From a phage: 64,000 nt of DNA. This document shows, piece by piece, positions 1 through 9,165 of the stretch. The translations under genes were made by a program, and so were the position numbers. The first letter of the stretch is position 1. Each line of letters begins with the position of its first letter. The notes under the pieces were generated by a model that saw nothing but the letters and a program-made list of their open reading frames with translations, searched no databases and had not been told where the DNA came from. Location of the stretch: sequence record QB031382.1; one strand, 5' to 3'.

Positions 1-40
1 AACAACACAACCCTTGCAGAGTTTGTCTAGAGGAGGCAGA

Positions 41-412
41 ATGTTAGTAAAAGGTACCCACACAGTAAAGCAACGTATTGAAGTTGAGATCGATGATTGT
101 GAGCTGAAGCATATTTTGCGGTCATGCTCCAACGTTTTGCTCCTTAGTATTCTCCAGGAGCGAGCGGAGAACGAGTTCTTAAATGCACTGGCAGGCCGTC
201 CTGGGGACTTCTGTGTGCGTAAGCGTGAAGATCATAAGTCATGGTTGTGGGAAATCGATGCCGACTGGGATTACCACAAAAATGAGGGCATAGATGAGCC
301 TATTCGTGAATTGACAGATAAAGAGATTCAGATGTACAATGAAGTTTGTCATTGGGCAAAACGCCAACAAATTTACCTCGACCCTGTGTGGATGATTGAA
401 AATAGCCATTGA
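41..412 (+). CDS. hypothetical protein
   Basis: Track ORF 14..412 trimmed to ATG 41 preceded by AGGAGG (31-36); no motif recognised. Confidence 0.45.
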   Translation: MLVKGTHTVKQRIEVEIDDCELKHILRSCSNVLLLSILQERAENEFLNALAGRPGDFCVRKREDHKSWLWEIDADWDYHKNEGIDEPIRELTDKEIQMYNEVCHWAKRQQIYLDPVWMIENSH

Positions 413-437
413 CAAGAAGTAAGATTGGATATAAGAT
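409..437 (+). promoter_or_regulatory. sigma70-like promoter
   Basis: TTGACA 409-414, 17-bp spacer, TAAGAT 432-437, upstream of gene at 489. Confidence 0.45.
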
Positions 438-488
438 GCTTCACACAAACAGAGAGTTGATTTTTAAATAATTGAGGAGACTGCCAAG

Positions 489-743
489 ATGAAAATTACT
501 TTGAAGCCAGAATGCGTTGCAAATGACCGAGCTTTTAAAGATTGCACAGTCGGTGCAATTTATGAAGCAGAGTTTTGTGAGAACCCTCTGGTAAAAGCCC
601 TTCTGGAAGAAGGGGCCCCTTTATCACAAGAAGAGATTGATGAGCTGGAAAACTCAGCACAGTGCCTTACCTTTAAAGATGACGAAGGAGACTCTGTCTG
701 GTGCACTGTTAATGAAGTAGTTTTTGTAAAACCTGAACATTAA
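489..743 (+). CDS. hypothetical protein, paralog of 807..1079
   Basis: RBS GAGGAG upstream of ATG; shares DRAFKDCT and KDDEGD-type motifs with the next ORF. Confidence 0.6.
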   Translation: MKITLKPECVANDRAFKDCTVGAIYEAEFCENPLVKALLEEGAPLSQEEIDELENSAQCLTFKDDEGDSVWCTVNEVVFVKPEH

Positions 744-746
744 TAC

Positions 747-775
747 TTGACAACAGTGATGTGGCCTAATATAAT
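747..775 (+). promoter_or_regulatory. consensus sigma70 promoter
   Basis: TTGACA 747-752, 17-bp spacer, TATAAT 770-775. Confidence 0.7.
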
Positions 776-806
776 GGCCCTATCGAAACGGAAGGGGATC
801 ACAGCA

Positions 807-1079
807 ATGACCAAACAATATCAACGAATTAAAGCCAAGGTTAAGCCAGACTACTTGGAGAAGGACTCTGCTTTTCGGGACTGCACCGCAGACAAAGTTT
901 ACACAGGGGCCGTCCTGTTGAACGACGAATTTGAAGTGGATGTGCTGGGTAAAGAGGCTACTATCAAGGACGACCAGGGAGATTATGTTTGCTGCACCAC
1001 ACGCGAGCTAGAAATCTTAGAATACTTCGGTGAAATCTTCACCTCTCTTGATGATTACTTAGATGATGAGGCAGAGTGA
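807..1079 (+). CDS. hypothetical protein, paralog of 489..743
   Basis: Track ORF 747..1079 overlaps its own promoter; trimmed to in-frame ATG 807. Confidence 0.55.
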   Translation: MTKQYQRIKAKVKPDYLEKDSAFRDCTADKVYTGAVLLNDEFEVDVLGKEATIKDDQGDYVCCTTRELEILEYFGEIFTSLDDYLDDEAE

Positions 1080-1480
1080 TGAAAAACATTTGGGATATCA
1101 ATATCTTTGAAGCCTCTGAGCTTGACGGTGCCGATGGGGTTATTATAGTTTCTGATGGAAAGGCAACACTGACCTCTGGACTGACCTATGAGGACACTAC
1201 CTACGCATTGGGCGATCTTGCCTTGTTGAAATCAACAGGCGACTCTCTGGAAGAACGTCTGCAAGGATTTGCCTTTAAAGAAGGCACAAACACCACACTG
1301 ATGTGCACTACACGCACTGTTCAGTTGGGCAACGGGGTATATATGGTCATTGCAGTGTGCCCCAAATTCAGCAACATTAATAAAGATGATGCTGACGCTG
1401 TCAACGACGTGGTTGTCCTATTCGTGGGTGACGCTATGGCAGATCTGATGAATGCAGGAGAAGCAGCAAATGAAGACTGA
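1076..1480 (+). CDS. hypothetical protein
   Basis: Track ORF; start overlaps previous stop. Confidence 0.5.
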   Translation: MMKNIWDINIFEASELDGADGVIIVSDGKATLTSGLTYEDTTYALGDLALLKSTGDSLEERLQGFAFKEGTNTTLMCTTRTVQLGNGVYMVIAVCPKFSNINKDDADAVNDVVVLFVGDAMADLMNAGEAANED

Positions 1481-1772
1481 AAACATTACACCAGAAGGAT
1501 TCCTGAAAGTATACCGTGAACTATTGTATACCACAGAGGATAGTGTTCTAGAGTACCCAGAATATCTTTTGCTGTATAAGTATCTGCAGGAAGCTGGTGA
1601 AAATCTTCCAATTAGCGCAGAAGGTGGTCCAAACTGGGTCTACAGTGCATGGAGAAAGGTTGACATTCTCCCAGATCCCGGTAAAGATATGGTAGTTTGG
1701 CAGCTTATCAACAACATCGGGATTCCAATCTTTGATGAAGCTGTTAAAATCTATTTTGAACTTGACGATTAA
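1470..1772 (+). CDS. hypothetical protein
   Basis: Track ORF 1452..1772 trimmed to ATG 1470 preceded by GGAG. Confidence 0.5.
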   Translation: MKTENITPEGFLKVYRELLYTTEDSVLEYPEYLLLYKYLQEAGENLPISAEGGPNWVYSAWRKVDILPDPGKDMVVWQLINNIGIPIFDEAVKIYFELDD

Positions 1773-1789
1773 TATCAGGAGACCTTAAG

Positions 1790-2035
1790 ATGGCTGAAGT
1801 AGTTGCTCGTGCAGGACAGAAAGTGCGTTGTGTTGAAGTGGGTTTTGGTGGCAAAGGGTGTCAAAACTTGACTCAAGGTAAGGAATACACTGTTGTTTCT
1901 GGCGGTGGTGACGAAAGTATTGTGTTCGATGACCATATTCTGGATGTTGAAAACTTTGAAATAATTGATGATGATGGTGATCCGATCACCTGCCTGCTGA
2001 ACGGGAGTTGGGGTACTTTCGAAGTAATTGGCTAA
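1790..2035 (+). CDS. hypothetical protein
   Basis: Track ORF; RBS AGGAGA upstream. Confidence 0.55.
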   Translation: MAEVVARAGQKVRCVEVGFGGKGCQNLTQGKEYTVVSGGGDESIVFDDHILDVENFEIIDDDGDPITCLLNGSWGTFEVIG

Positions 2036-2117
2036 CAAATATCTGTTGTAATTTACAGAAGGAGATGCTAAAATGGTGTCTCCTTTATGTTGTTCAAATA
2101 AAATCGGAGATTCCATA

Positions 2118-2483
2118 ATGGAACAAATGAACGATCAAGCGTCGGTTGCGATGAACGAGCAAGAACAACCTCAAGAATTTTTCTTAGGGTTAAGCAAAGA
2201 TCAGGTGTCTCTCCTGCTAGTGCTCTCTTCTTTCATGGGGAGACTTCAGGAGCTCACACAACAACCAGAGGCTGAACAATTATTTCAGGCTCTGCGCGAA
2301 GAAGAAAAATATCGTCGTTTGGATTATGCCTTAGGTTGGGTAGCTCAGCAACGAGATATGCTAATGGCCCTTTCTGGGACGACAAGTTTTGCAATGGGCC
2401 TGTTGGCTCAAGTGCAGGACAAATTAATTCAAGCAGGGTTTGCACACACAGCAAACACCAACGAAGAACAAGGAGACAAATAA
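2118..2483 (+). CDS. hypothetical protein
   Basis: Track ORF 2073..2483 trimmed to ATG 2118 preceded by GGAG. Confidence 0.5.
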   Translation: MEQMNDQASVAMNEQEQPQEFFLGLSKDQVSLLLVLSSFMGRLQELTQQPEAEQLFQALREEEKYRRLDYALGWVAQQRDMLMALSGTTSFAMGLLAQVQDKLIQAGFAHTANTNEEQGDK

Positions 2484-3709
2484 TGAGCGTTATTCAACAA
2501 TTTGCCAACCCGATGAATCCGCGTGAAACTGTTTTACTGGCTCACGGCATGATTAAACGTGTCAGCATCAAACCTATCAAAGGTGCTGATCCTACAACAG
2601 GTATTAAAACCACTGTGTGGCAAGGTAAGAAAATCGAGTCCAGTCACACCATCTCTTTACTGATTTCTGAACTGGATTCTTCTGATAACCTACTTCAAGG
2701 TGGTGAAGAAGTTTGGATCAGTATGGGTGATAAATTGCTCAAACCTGGTCATCAAGATTCCGTCTCTGTTAAAATTGATGACAAGTGGGAAACAGTAACG
2801 CCAGGATGGATCGTAAATATCCCTTTAAAGGCAAATGAGCATAACGGTAAGACCTACTACAAAGGCTCATTGGCTAAAATGGTTAAGCTGGGGGCAGGAG
2901 AGGCTCCAGCAGCTCCACAGCAACAAAAACAGCAACAAGGCACACAATCACAAGGCCAGAAGCAGAAACCTCAGCAGAATGCCAATCAGGACGTTTTACG
3001 CATCTATGGTGATGTGACTCAGATTGTTGGTAACGTGGTTACTGTCAATGACCACAAGATTGGCGAAGGTGCTATGGTTGTCTCCGATGAGCAGCTTAAA
3101 GACCTGGTGGTTGGCGGTCGTGTTGCAGCTATTGTTGACAAAGACACCGGGAATATTATCAGCGGCTTCAAGGCCTACCCGCCTAAAGCAGAGAACGGTA
3201 CACAAGGTTCTGGTGGTAAGCGTAAATCCTCTTACGACCCCATTGGTGTAGAGACAGGGCACAGTATCAATGCGTTGCAGATCATTCTGGATCGCGGGTT
3301 TAAGATTGACAGCCCTTTAGATGTGGCTAAAACATTGCACGTGGTCACCATCGAGCTTAAGAAAGAGTACGCTCAAGCCACCAACCGGACTGAAGATGAA
3401 GTAGGTGCCAGTGTTGGTAACGCGGTATTGAATGCTTGTCGCCGTATTGACAAGAAAACGAAAGTTGATGATTTTGCAGCAGCAATTACTGCAGAGGCAA
3501 AAGATGTCTTGACTAATCTTGCTGAACCGTTGTACGATTGGATCAAGAATGGTGCGGGGACTACTGAGCATCAAGAACCTCAAGCTGCCAAACAGGAAGC
3601 CACTCCACAGCAAAACACTGTAGATGCCCCTCCTGTAGATGATGACGGAGATGACCCGATGGATCAGAATCCGGCACAATACGCCTTTGATGATGACATT
3701 CCTTTTTAA
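2483..3709 (+). CDS. SSB-like protein with Q-rich linker and C-terminal acidic DDDIPF tail
   Basis: Track ORF 2336..3709 trimmed to ATG 2483 after AAGGAG; protein ends DDDGDDPMDQNPAQYAFDDDIPF, matching the bacterial SSB C-terminal tip. Confidence 0.6.
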   Translation: MSVIQQFANPMNPRETVLLAHGMIKRVSIKPIKGADPTTGIKTTVWQGKKIESSHTISLLISELDSSDNLLQGGEEVWISMGDKLLKPGHQDSVSVKIDDKWETVTPGWIVNIPLKANEHNGKTYYKGSLAKMVKLGAGEAPAAPQQQKQQQGTQSQGQKQKPQQNANQDVLRIYGDVTQIVGNVVTVNDHKIGEGAMVVSDEQLKDLVVGGRVAAIVDKDTGNIISGFKAYPPKAENGTQGSGGKRKSSYDPIGVETGHSINALQIILDRGFKIDSPLDVAKTLHVVTIELKKEYAQATNRTEDEVGASVGNAVLNACRRIDKKTKVDDFAAAITAEAKDVLTNLAEPLYDWIKNGAGTTEHQEPQAAKQEATPQQNTVDAPPVDDDGDDPMDQNPAQYAFDDDIPF

Positions 3710-3724
3710 CATCTAGTTAACATA

Positions 3725-3754
3725 GCCCTGCCCGAAAGGGTGGGGCATTTTTGT
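3725..3754 (+). terminator. rho-independent terminator
   Basis: GCCCTGCCC-GAAA-GGGTGGGGC hairpin followed by ATTTTTGT. Confidence 0.75.
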
Positions 3755-3771
3755 ATAAGGAGATCTGAAAA

Positions 3772-4188
3772 ATGACATTAGAAGATATCATTGTTAAACC
3801 TGAGAACTATGACCAATACAATCTATCAACTCAATCTGTGGACCTTGGATGCGCCACTGCCAGTGCGTGGCTGGTTAACGGAAAAGAGCTGGATAAATGC
3901 TTAGAAGCTCACATGTCTATTAACAAGTTTCTGGATGAAAATACTCACTGGCTTGAGGGTGCAGGCGTATATGCTTCATGGTTGGAGAGTATGGGATTCG
4001 ACTACCAATCTGAAGAGGGGTGGTGGAGCTATTTAGCTATCTGTCCAGAGACGCTACAATGCTTCATGAAATATTCTGAAGATTTGGAGTACCGGGCGAT
4101 GGTTGATAGTGCTATTGCCCGTTATAGCCGTAAACCTTTTTCCCACGACATTAAAACTGTGGAAGAATTTGTTGAAGTTTTCTGTTGA
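3772..4188 (+). CDS. hypothetical protein
   Basis: Track ORF; RBS AAGGAG upstream. Confidence 0.55.
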   Translation: MTLEDIIVKPENYDQYNLSTQSVDLGCATASAWLVNGKELDKCLEAHMSINKFLDENTHWLEGAGVYASWLESMGFDYQSEEGWWSYLAICPETLQCFMKYSEDLEYRAMVDSAIARYSRKPFSHDIKTVEEFVEVFC

Positions 4189-4284
4189 CACAGATTGAAA
4201 GGTGTGCAATTATAACTTCATAGAACGGGAGGACGTGATGAACGAAGAAAACTGGGATGTATAACTAACAGGAGGCCACTGCCC

Positions 4285-4482
4285 ATGATTTATCGAATCC
4301 GTGTAAGAGAAGATGCACCAGGCTGTTACTTTGACTGGCGTGGGTGGTGGTTTCTCCACCCGATGGATGGACTCACAGATAGAATGCTGGATGCTGCCCT
4401 TTATACAGATACCGACATAGAATATAATCTCTATCTGAAGGACGGTATAGATAACGGTCTATTTGAAGCAATTCCTGTGTAA
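4285..4482 (+). CDS. hypothetical protein
   Basis: Track ORF; RBS AGGAGG upstream; TTGACA at 4185. Confidence 0.5.
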   Translation: MIYRIRVREDAPGCYFDWRGWWFLHPMDGLTDRMLDAALYTDTDIEYNLYLKDGIDNGLFEAIPV

Positions 4483-4550
4483 GAGGATGTGATAGCCATG
4501 TTTTATGATCTTCCTATAGCGCCACCACCTGTTGAACCCGGAGAACTAAG

Positions 4551-4976
4551 ATGACCTATGAAATGCCAAAACTGATTCGTGACGATGCCCAAAACGCTCA
4601 CACCATTATTATGGGCAAACGCATGGATATTATTTGTCATAAAGATTTCTGGGAAGGAAGTTACTTCACAGAGTATTTTGGTAAACTGGACAATGGTCTG
4701 CTGATCCAGTTCTACACCGATGCGGAAAACAACATTCACTGGGAGTTCGAAACTGAAGATATCCATAAACTTTTCACCTTCCTCGGTATTAAGGTTGAGG
4801 CCAAGTTTGAAGAAGGTGAGTGCGACGATTGTGGATTCTACGAGGTAACAGATTTCTATCTTCCGAGTGGTGAGAACCTTTACTATGAAAGCCACTTCGG
4901 TAACTCCAATATGCCACAGTGCTGGACTGAGTTTTTTGAAATTGTGGAAGAGGAGTTGGCATATCGTGATTATTGA
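4551..4976 (+). CDS. hypothetical protein, translationally coupled to macrodomain gene
   Basis: Track ORF; its TGA stop overlaps the GTG start of the next gene. Confidence 0.5.
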   Translation: MTYEMPKLIRDDAQNAHTIIMGKRMDIICHKDFWEGSYFTEYFGKLDNGLLIQFYTDAENNIHWEFETEDIHKLFTFLGIKVEAKFEEGECDDCGFYEVTDFYLPSGENLYYESHFGNSNMPQCWTEFFEIVEEELAYRDY

Positions 4977-5424
4977 TACTGTAGAGGGAGATTTAATCTC
5001 CCTTTTTAAGAGTGGTGCTGGTCACCTGATCCACGGTTGTAACTGCTTCCACACAATGGGCAAGGGTGTAGCAAAACAGATTGCCCGTGAGTTCCCTCAA
5101 GCATTGGCAGCTGACAAAACGACTACCTACGGTTGCCTAAGTAAGCTAGGTGCGTTCTCTCGGTGGGAGCACTTATCTCCGAAAGGTATTGTCTACGGAA
5201 TCAATCTATACACTCAGTTCTACCCAGGGCCTAATGCTGAATATTTCTCAATTCTGAAAGGCTTTGAACGAGTCAATGAGATATTCAAGGGATCTACTTT
5301 ACCATTCTACATCCCTAAGATTGGGTGCGGCATAGGCGGCTTGAAATGGGGACACGTAGAGGACGTTATTAACCTTGCCACTTTTGATATAGATATTATC
5401 GTGGTGGAGTACAAAGAGTGTTGA
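4966..5424 (+). CDS. macrodomain protein, TARG1/DarG-like ADP-ribose hydrolase candidate
   Basis: Track ORF 4867..5424 trimmed to GTG 4966 after GAGGAG; motifs EGDLISLF..HLIHGCNCFHTMGKGVAKQIAREFP and PKIGCGIGGLKWGHVEDVI resemble TARG1/OARD1-type macrodomains. Confidence 0.65.
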   Translation: MIIDTVEGDLISLFKSGAGHLIHGCNCFHTMGKGVAKQIAREFPQALAADKTTTYGCLSKLGAFSRWEHLSPKGIVYGINLYTQFYPGPNAEYFSILKGFERVNEIFKGSTLPFYIPKIGCGIGGLKWGHVEDVINLATFDIDIIVVEYKEC

Positions 5425-5449
5425 CAGCCGGATTTTAAGGTGGTATAGT
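5421..5449 (+). promoter_or_regulatory. sigma70-like promoter
   Basis: TTGACA 5421-5426, 17-bp spacer, TATAGT 5444-5449. Confidence 0.65.
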
Positions 5450-5477
5450 CACCACAACGATTAAGACAGGGGGCACT

Positions 5478-5678
5478 ATGGAGACTAAAATCTTAATTCT
5501 AGCTGTGATAGATACAACAGAAGGGGCTATATTTGAATCTGCAGGAGGGTATTTCTACCTGCCCTATGGAAAAAGAACTTCCGAGCCGAGTAAAGATTCA
5601 ATCCTCAAAGTGTTCCCGTGTTCTTTCTGGCTGGAGATTCTGGTAGAGGATTGCAAAGGATTGGAGAGACAATTATGA
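5478..5678 (+). CDS. hypothetical protein
   Basis: Track ORF downstream of promoter. Confidence 0.5.
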   Translation: METKILILAVIDTTEGAIFESAGGYFYLPYGKRTSEPSKDSILKVFPCSFWLEILVEDCKGLERQL

Positions 5679-5869
5679 GAAACAAGAAAGAGCTTTACTC
5701 TGGTGAGTGGATCAACGATCAACAGATCGGAGAGGTAACCTGCTTCCGATGTTTTACCAGGTACAATATTAAAACTGCACCAAAAAGTGTTCCAAAGACT
5801 GACGGTTATTACATAAAAGAACCTCATTGCCCAAAATGTAAATGCCGATTGTACTGGAGCAATCTGTAA
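5675..5869 (+). CDS. small zinc-ribbon protein
   Basis: Track ORF 5618..5869 trimmed to ATG 5675 after GGAGAG; CFRC and CPKCKC cysteine pairs. Confidence 0.5.
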   Translation: MRNKKELYSGEWINDQQIGEVTCFRCFTRYNIKTAPKSVPKTDGYYIKEPHCPKCKCRLYWSNL

Positions 5870-5873
5870 GAGG

Positions 5874-5901
5874 TTGACATCTGAAAACTGCAGTGTATAA
5901 T
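5874..5901 (+). promoter_or_regulatory. sigma70-like promoter
   Basis: TTGACA 5874-5879, 16-bp spacer, TATAAT 5896-5901. Confidence 0.65.
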
Positions 5902-5932
5902 ATACTCATAAACTAACAGAGAGCGATGTATT

Positions 5933-6124
5933 ATGGTAATTTTTAACCGGGATGGTATCATAGTTAGACAGCACCCGTTCCTTGAATACTATCAAATTGA
6001 GCAATGGTGCTACGGGGATTGCAGTCACTCCTATGGGCAAAGTTGGGGATATCGCACAGTTTTTGAATCAACAGACCTTGACAAAGTAAGACAGAAAGTT
6101 TTAGAACTTATTAACAACAAGTGA
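5933..6124 (+). CDS. hypothetical protein
   Basis: Track ORF downstream of promoter. Confidence 0.5.
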   Translation: MVIFNRDGIIVRQHPFLEYYQIEQWCYGDCSHSYGQSWGYRTVFESTDLDKVRQKVLELINNK

Positions 6125-6131
6125 GTATGAT

Positions 6132-6464
6132 ATGGTAACATTAGAAAGACGTAAAGCTATTGCCGCTACACTGGCAGACATCTTTTGGGATTGTAATTTA
6201 AAAGATACCCGATATTGCGGCGCATCTGTAGATGTATTATTCCCACGGCCCACCATTGTTGCAATGGGCAGTCTACTGGGCGTAGTTGCAGGTGCATGGG
6301 ATAAGGAAGGCGGTTTTTATATCTGGCAACCTGACTACGGTACCTGGAAAGAAGTAAGGGGTGCTGATGACTTTGGGCCTGCAGTTGCTAAGATGGATGG
6401 CTGGGAAATTTATGTTGGAAACGACATGAAGCTGAAAGGCGAGATTGTTTACTGGTTACCTTAA
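6132..6464 (+). CDS. hypothetical protein
   Basis: Track ORF. Confidence 0.45.
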   Translation: MVTLERRKAIAATLADIFWDCNLKDTRYCGASVDVLFPRPTIVAMGSLLGVVAGAWDKEGGFYIWQPDYGTWKEVRGADDFGPAVAKMDGWEIYVGNDMKLKGEIVYWLP

Positions 6465-6484
6465 GAAAGTGCAGGAGATAAAGT

Positions 6485-6730
6485 ATGAACAAAGGGTGGA
6501 CATTCGTAGACGGCGTTGAAAACATGCCTCTCGGAAAGTATATCGTAGCCATGGCTGACAAGAATGGCAATGTAGATTTCGGAGCTTGCGAGGTTGTTCT
6601 TGCAGGATCTGGTGGCTATGTGCACAAAACTGGGGTAATTAATGGTCAGTTCTACTTTGATCACAACCCTGTTGTAGCGTATATGGCTATGCCAGAGTTC
6701 AAGCTACCAAAGGAAGGTGCTGATGTTTAA
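6485..6730 (+). CDS. hypothetical protein
   Basis: Track ORF; RBS AGGAGA upstream. Confidence 0.55.
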   Translation: MNKGWTFVDGVENMPLGKYIVAMADKNGNVDFGACEVVLAGSGGYVHKTGVINGQFYFDHNPVVAYMAMPEFKLPKEGADV

Positions 6731-6956
6731 GCTTAAATCTGCATGGAACATTGCTGTAGGCGATGAGATCCGCATTCCGGGTGGGAAGACCGTTATGAAG
6801 ATATCCCGTATTGAATACGAAGGTGACCGTGTATTCCATATTTTTGCAGAAGATGGTCGAGAAATTTATATACAGGCGGGCTCACACATCTATATTCGTA
6901 AAGGGGATGACAAACGACAGAGATCATCATTTCAACTGCAGGGTATGTATTCCTGA
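6717..6956 (+). CDS. hypothetical protein
   Basis: Track ORF; start overlaps previous gene. Confidence 0.5.
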   Translation: MLMFKLKSAWNIAVGDEIRIPGGKTVMKISRIEYEGDRVFHIFAEDGREIYIQAGSHIYIRKGDDKRQRSSFQLQGMYS

Positions 6957-7288
6957 CAATCATTGCGCTGATCATCTTGGTGGTGGTGTATGGATTTGTT
7001 ATCCTGCCTATTCTTGAGACATTTAGTTTGTGTCGGTGTTGGAGAAAGGCTTACGGACCACAGCCGTGGAAAGACTGGCCTCATCTGTTACGCATAGCGT
7101 TCTCCTATGCCTATGATCACTCCAGCAGTGCATGCATAACTGGGTATCACGCCCACAACTGGAACTGGGAAGGGTTGGGGAGATGGAATGTTATAAAAAC
7201 TATACCTCTACGCATGTACAAGCCTAAAAACAAAGATAGTTGATACTTGAAAATCCCTGGCACATCAAACATAAGGAGGATTTCTAAA

Positions 7289-7543
7289 ATGGATTTCCTC
7301 CTTTTGATATTTTACCTGGCCGGATATTTTAAAATTCTTAGAAAATCAGAAAATGGATCGAAAACTAAAATGGATTTTTTCAAGACAGGCACGATAAGCT
7401 GTGCTAATCATCCTATCGTTCGCACCGTACTTCAAATCACCGTTCCAGATTTTCCGCACACACTCTCACCCTTCTACCAGAACTTTCCCAACTTACCTTC
7501 GGCCTTTTATGACAATAAGTTAATTATTATCAGTAAGTTTTGA
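7289..7543 (+). CDS. hypothetical small protein with hydrophobic N-terminus
   Basis: Track ORF 7247..7543 trimmed to ATG 7289 after AAGGAGGA; sits in repeat-rich AT-rich DNA so coding status is uncertain. Confidence 0.35.
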   Translation: MDFLLLIFYLAGYFKILRKSENGSKTKMDFFKTGTISCANHPIVRTVLQITVPDFPHTLSPFYQNFPNLPSAFYDNKLIIISKF

Positions 7544-7554
7544 TACATCTCTCT

Positions 7555-7745
7555 CAGTACTCGATCTGTTTTTCATTTCAAAGATTGGATTTTCTGAAAA
7601 TTTTTCTCGATAAATTTTTCGGTACTCGATCTGTTTTTCGTTTTCTGAATCGGATTTTCTTGAAATTGGTCCAGCACCAGATCTAAAATTTTTGGGAACG
7701 AAAGCGATTTTTCGTTTTCAGAAATGGATTTTTAAAATTTCTATA
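7555..7745. repeat. tandem direct repeats, about 65-bp unit, 2-3 copies
   Basis: GTACTCGATCTGTTTTTC exact at 7557-7574 and 7622-7639, each followed by GGATTTTCT-GAAA-type sequence; degenerate third copy near 7700. Confidence 0.7.
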
Positions 7746-7874
7746 TGGGAATATTTTATGAGGTATTATTTTATATAGAATTGTCACGGTAGGTAATTAG
7801 CATGCTAACTAAATTTATGAAATGCGAAAAGTTCTCATTTAGAATTTTGAATGATAATCATTCTCGTTTGCAGA

Positions 7875-7903
7875 ATAACGGGCACCCCCGGTGATTGTCT
7901 CCC
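7875..7903. repeat. 29-bp inverted-repeat arm A, partner at 15983..16011
   Basis: ATAACGGGCACCCCCGGTGATTGTCTCCC is the exact reverse complement of 15983-16011; degenerate tandem copy near 8012-8050. Confidence 0.85.
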
Positions 7904-8412
7904 GGCCCCTACTGCCCCGGCTTGCTATTATAGTATCACACAGGACAAAGAAAGCAAGGAGTTTTTGCATAAATTTTTAGACGATAATGATAATCGTTCT
8001 CATTTCATGCAGCGCCCATCCCCGGTGGTTGTCTCCCCCGTCACCGGTGCCTGCCGTCCTTTCGATATGTATATTGTGCCACCTGGCGGGGCCGCTGTCA
8101 ACACTTTTCAAAAATTTTTTTCTAACCTGATGCACTAACCGCTGCAACCTGGCGGGGCCAGCCTGGCAGGACCTAACTGACCAGGTGGGCCTATGCTATA
8201 GGATAGGTAACAATTGAAGAGGAGGTACAAAAAATGGAAGGTAATATGATCCCCTGGAAAATGTAGCTATTAATGACGCTGAGGCTATCGCCCTGGTTGA
8301 AAAGGCTATGGCGGGAGCGTTGGAACATAAAGAAGAGTACGAAAAAATTATGGTTAACCTGGCAGGGTCGGCGGCTGAGGAATTTTGCCCAAAAAATAAT
8401 TTTAACTAGTGG

Positions 8413-8441
8413 TTGACAGCTCGGACAGTTTTTGCTATTCT
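8413..8441 (+). promoter_or_regulatory. sigma70-like promoter
   Basis: TTGACA 8413-8418, 17-bp spacer, TATTCT 8436-8441. Confidence 0.5.
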
Positions 8442-8493
8442 TATCCTCGCAAGGTGAACAACACCACACTAATTAACAGAGAGGATAAAAATC

Positions 8494-8691
8494 ATGAACG
8501 CCTACGGAATCAAAGTACGTCGCAACACTCGCCAGGTGGTCACCAATCAAGTGATTTGCCGGGCGGATGTAACCATCAACAACGGGCAAGGCCTTTATAA
8601 ATTTCGTCGCGGTCATAGTTATACCCTGCAACAGCTTAATCGTTGCGCCCTGACAAAAGGCCAGATCAACCACTGGTTTAATAAAAAATAA
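8494..8691 (+). CDS. hypothetical protein
   Basis: Track ORF; RBS GAGGA upstream. Confidence 0.55.
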   Translation: MNAYGIKVRRNTRQVVTNQVICRADVTINNGQGLYKFRRGHSYTLQQLNRCALTKGQINHWFNKK

Positions 8692-8694
8692 GTA

Positions 8695-8723
8695 TTGACA
8701 TATAGCCTGACACAAAATACACT
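8695..8723 (+). promoter_or_regulatory. sigma70-like promoter
   Basis: TTGACA 8695-8700, 17-bp spacer, TACACT 8718-8723. Confidence 0.5.
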
Positions 8724-8755
8724 AAAAGCACAAAAGACACTAAGAGGATAAAATC

Positions 8756-9154
8756 ATGAAAACCACTACCTTTAATTTTGACAATGCGGACTTTTCTTTT
8801 TCTGATGTCAAGAACTGCCGCCGTGATCGTGGATTTTATAAGGCTTATAATCTGGTGGGCCTGGACGATGACAATAATTTGCACGAAGTAGCTGAGATCC
8901 GGTATTATGCCGCCGCCAGTGGGAACACTCACTACTGCGTTTTTTGGATACACGACAACAAGAACAATAAGTACGGCTATACTGGCGGCAAGGCGAGCGG
9001 TCACGGTTATGATAAAGCTAACGCAGCACTTGAGAGCGCATTAAATGCTATGGGGATCACTGCCGACGGCTGGATCTACGAAGAAGAGTTTTTGTCGGCA
9101 CTTGCTGACCGCCTGGGATATAAAAAGCACATTGTAACATGTGCCCACGAATAA
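8756..9154 (+). CDS. hypothetical protein
   Basis: Track ORF; RBS AAGAGGA upstream. Confidence 0.55.
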   Translation: MKTTTFNFDNADFSFSDVKNCRRDRGFYKAYNLVGLDDDNNLHEVAEIRYYAAASGNTHYCVFWIHDNKNNKYGYTGGKASGHGYDKANAALESALNAMGITADGWIYEEEFLSALADRLGYKKHIVTCAHE

Positions 9155-9165
9155 AAAAAAAATTA

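Noticed and set aside
6811-7243. Track ORFs 6811..7017 and 6977..7243 as genes
   Set aside because: No RBS or promoter found, Cys/Trp-rich unusual composition; left unannotated but not firmly excluded.
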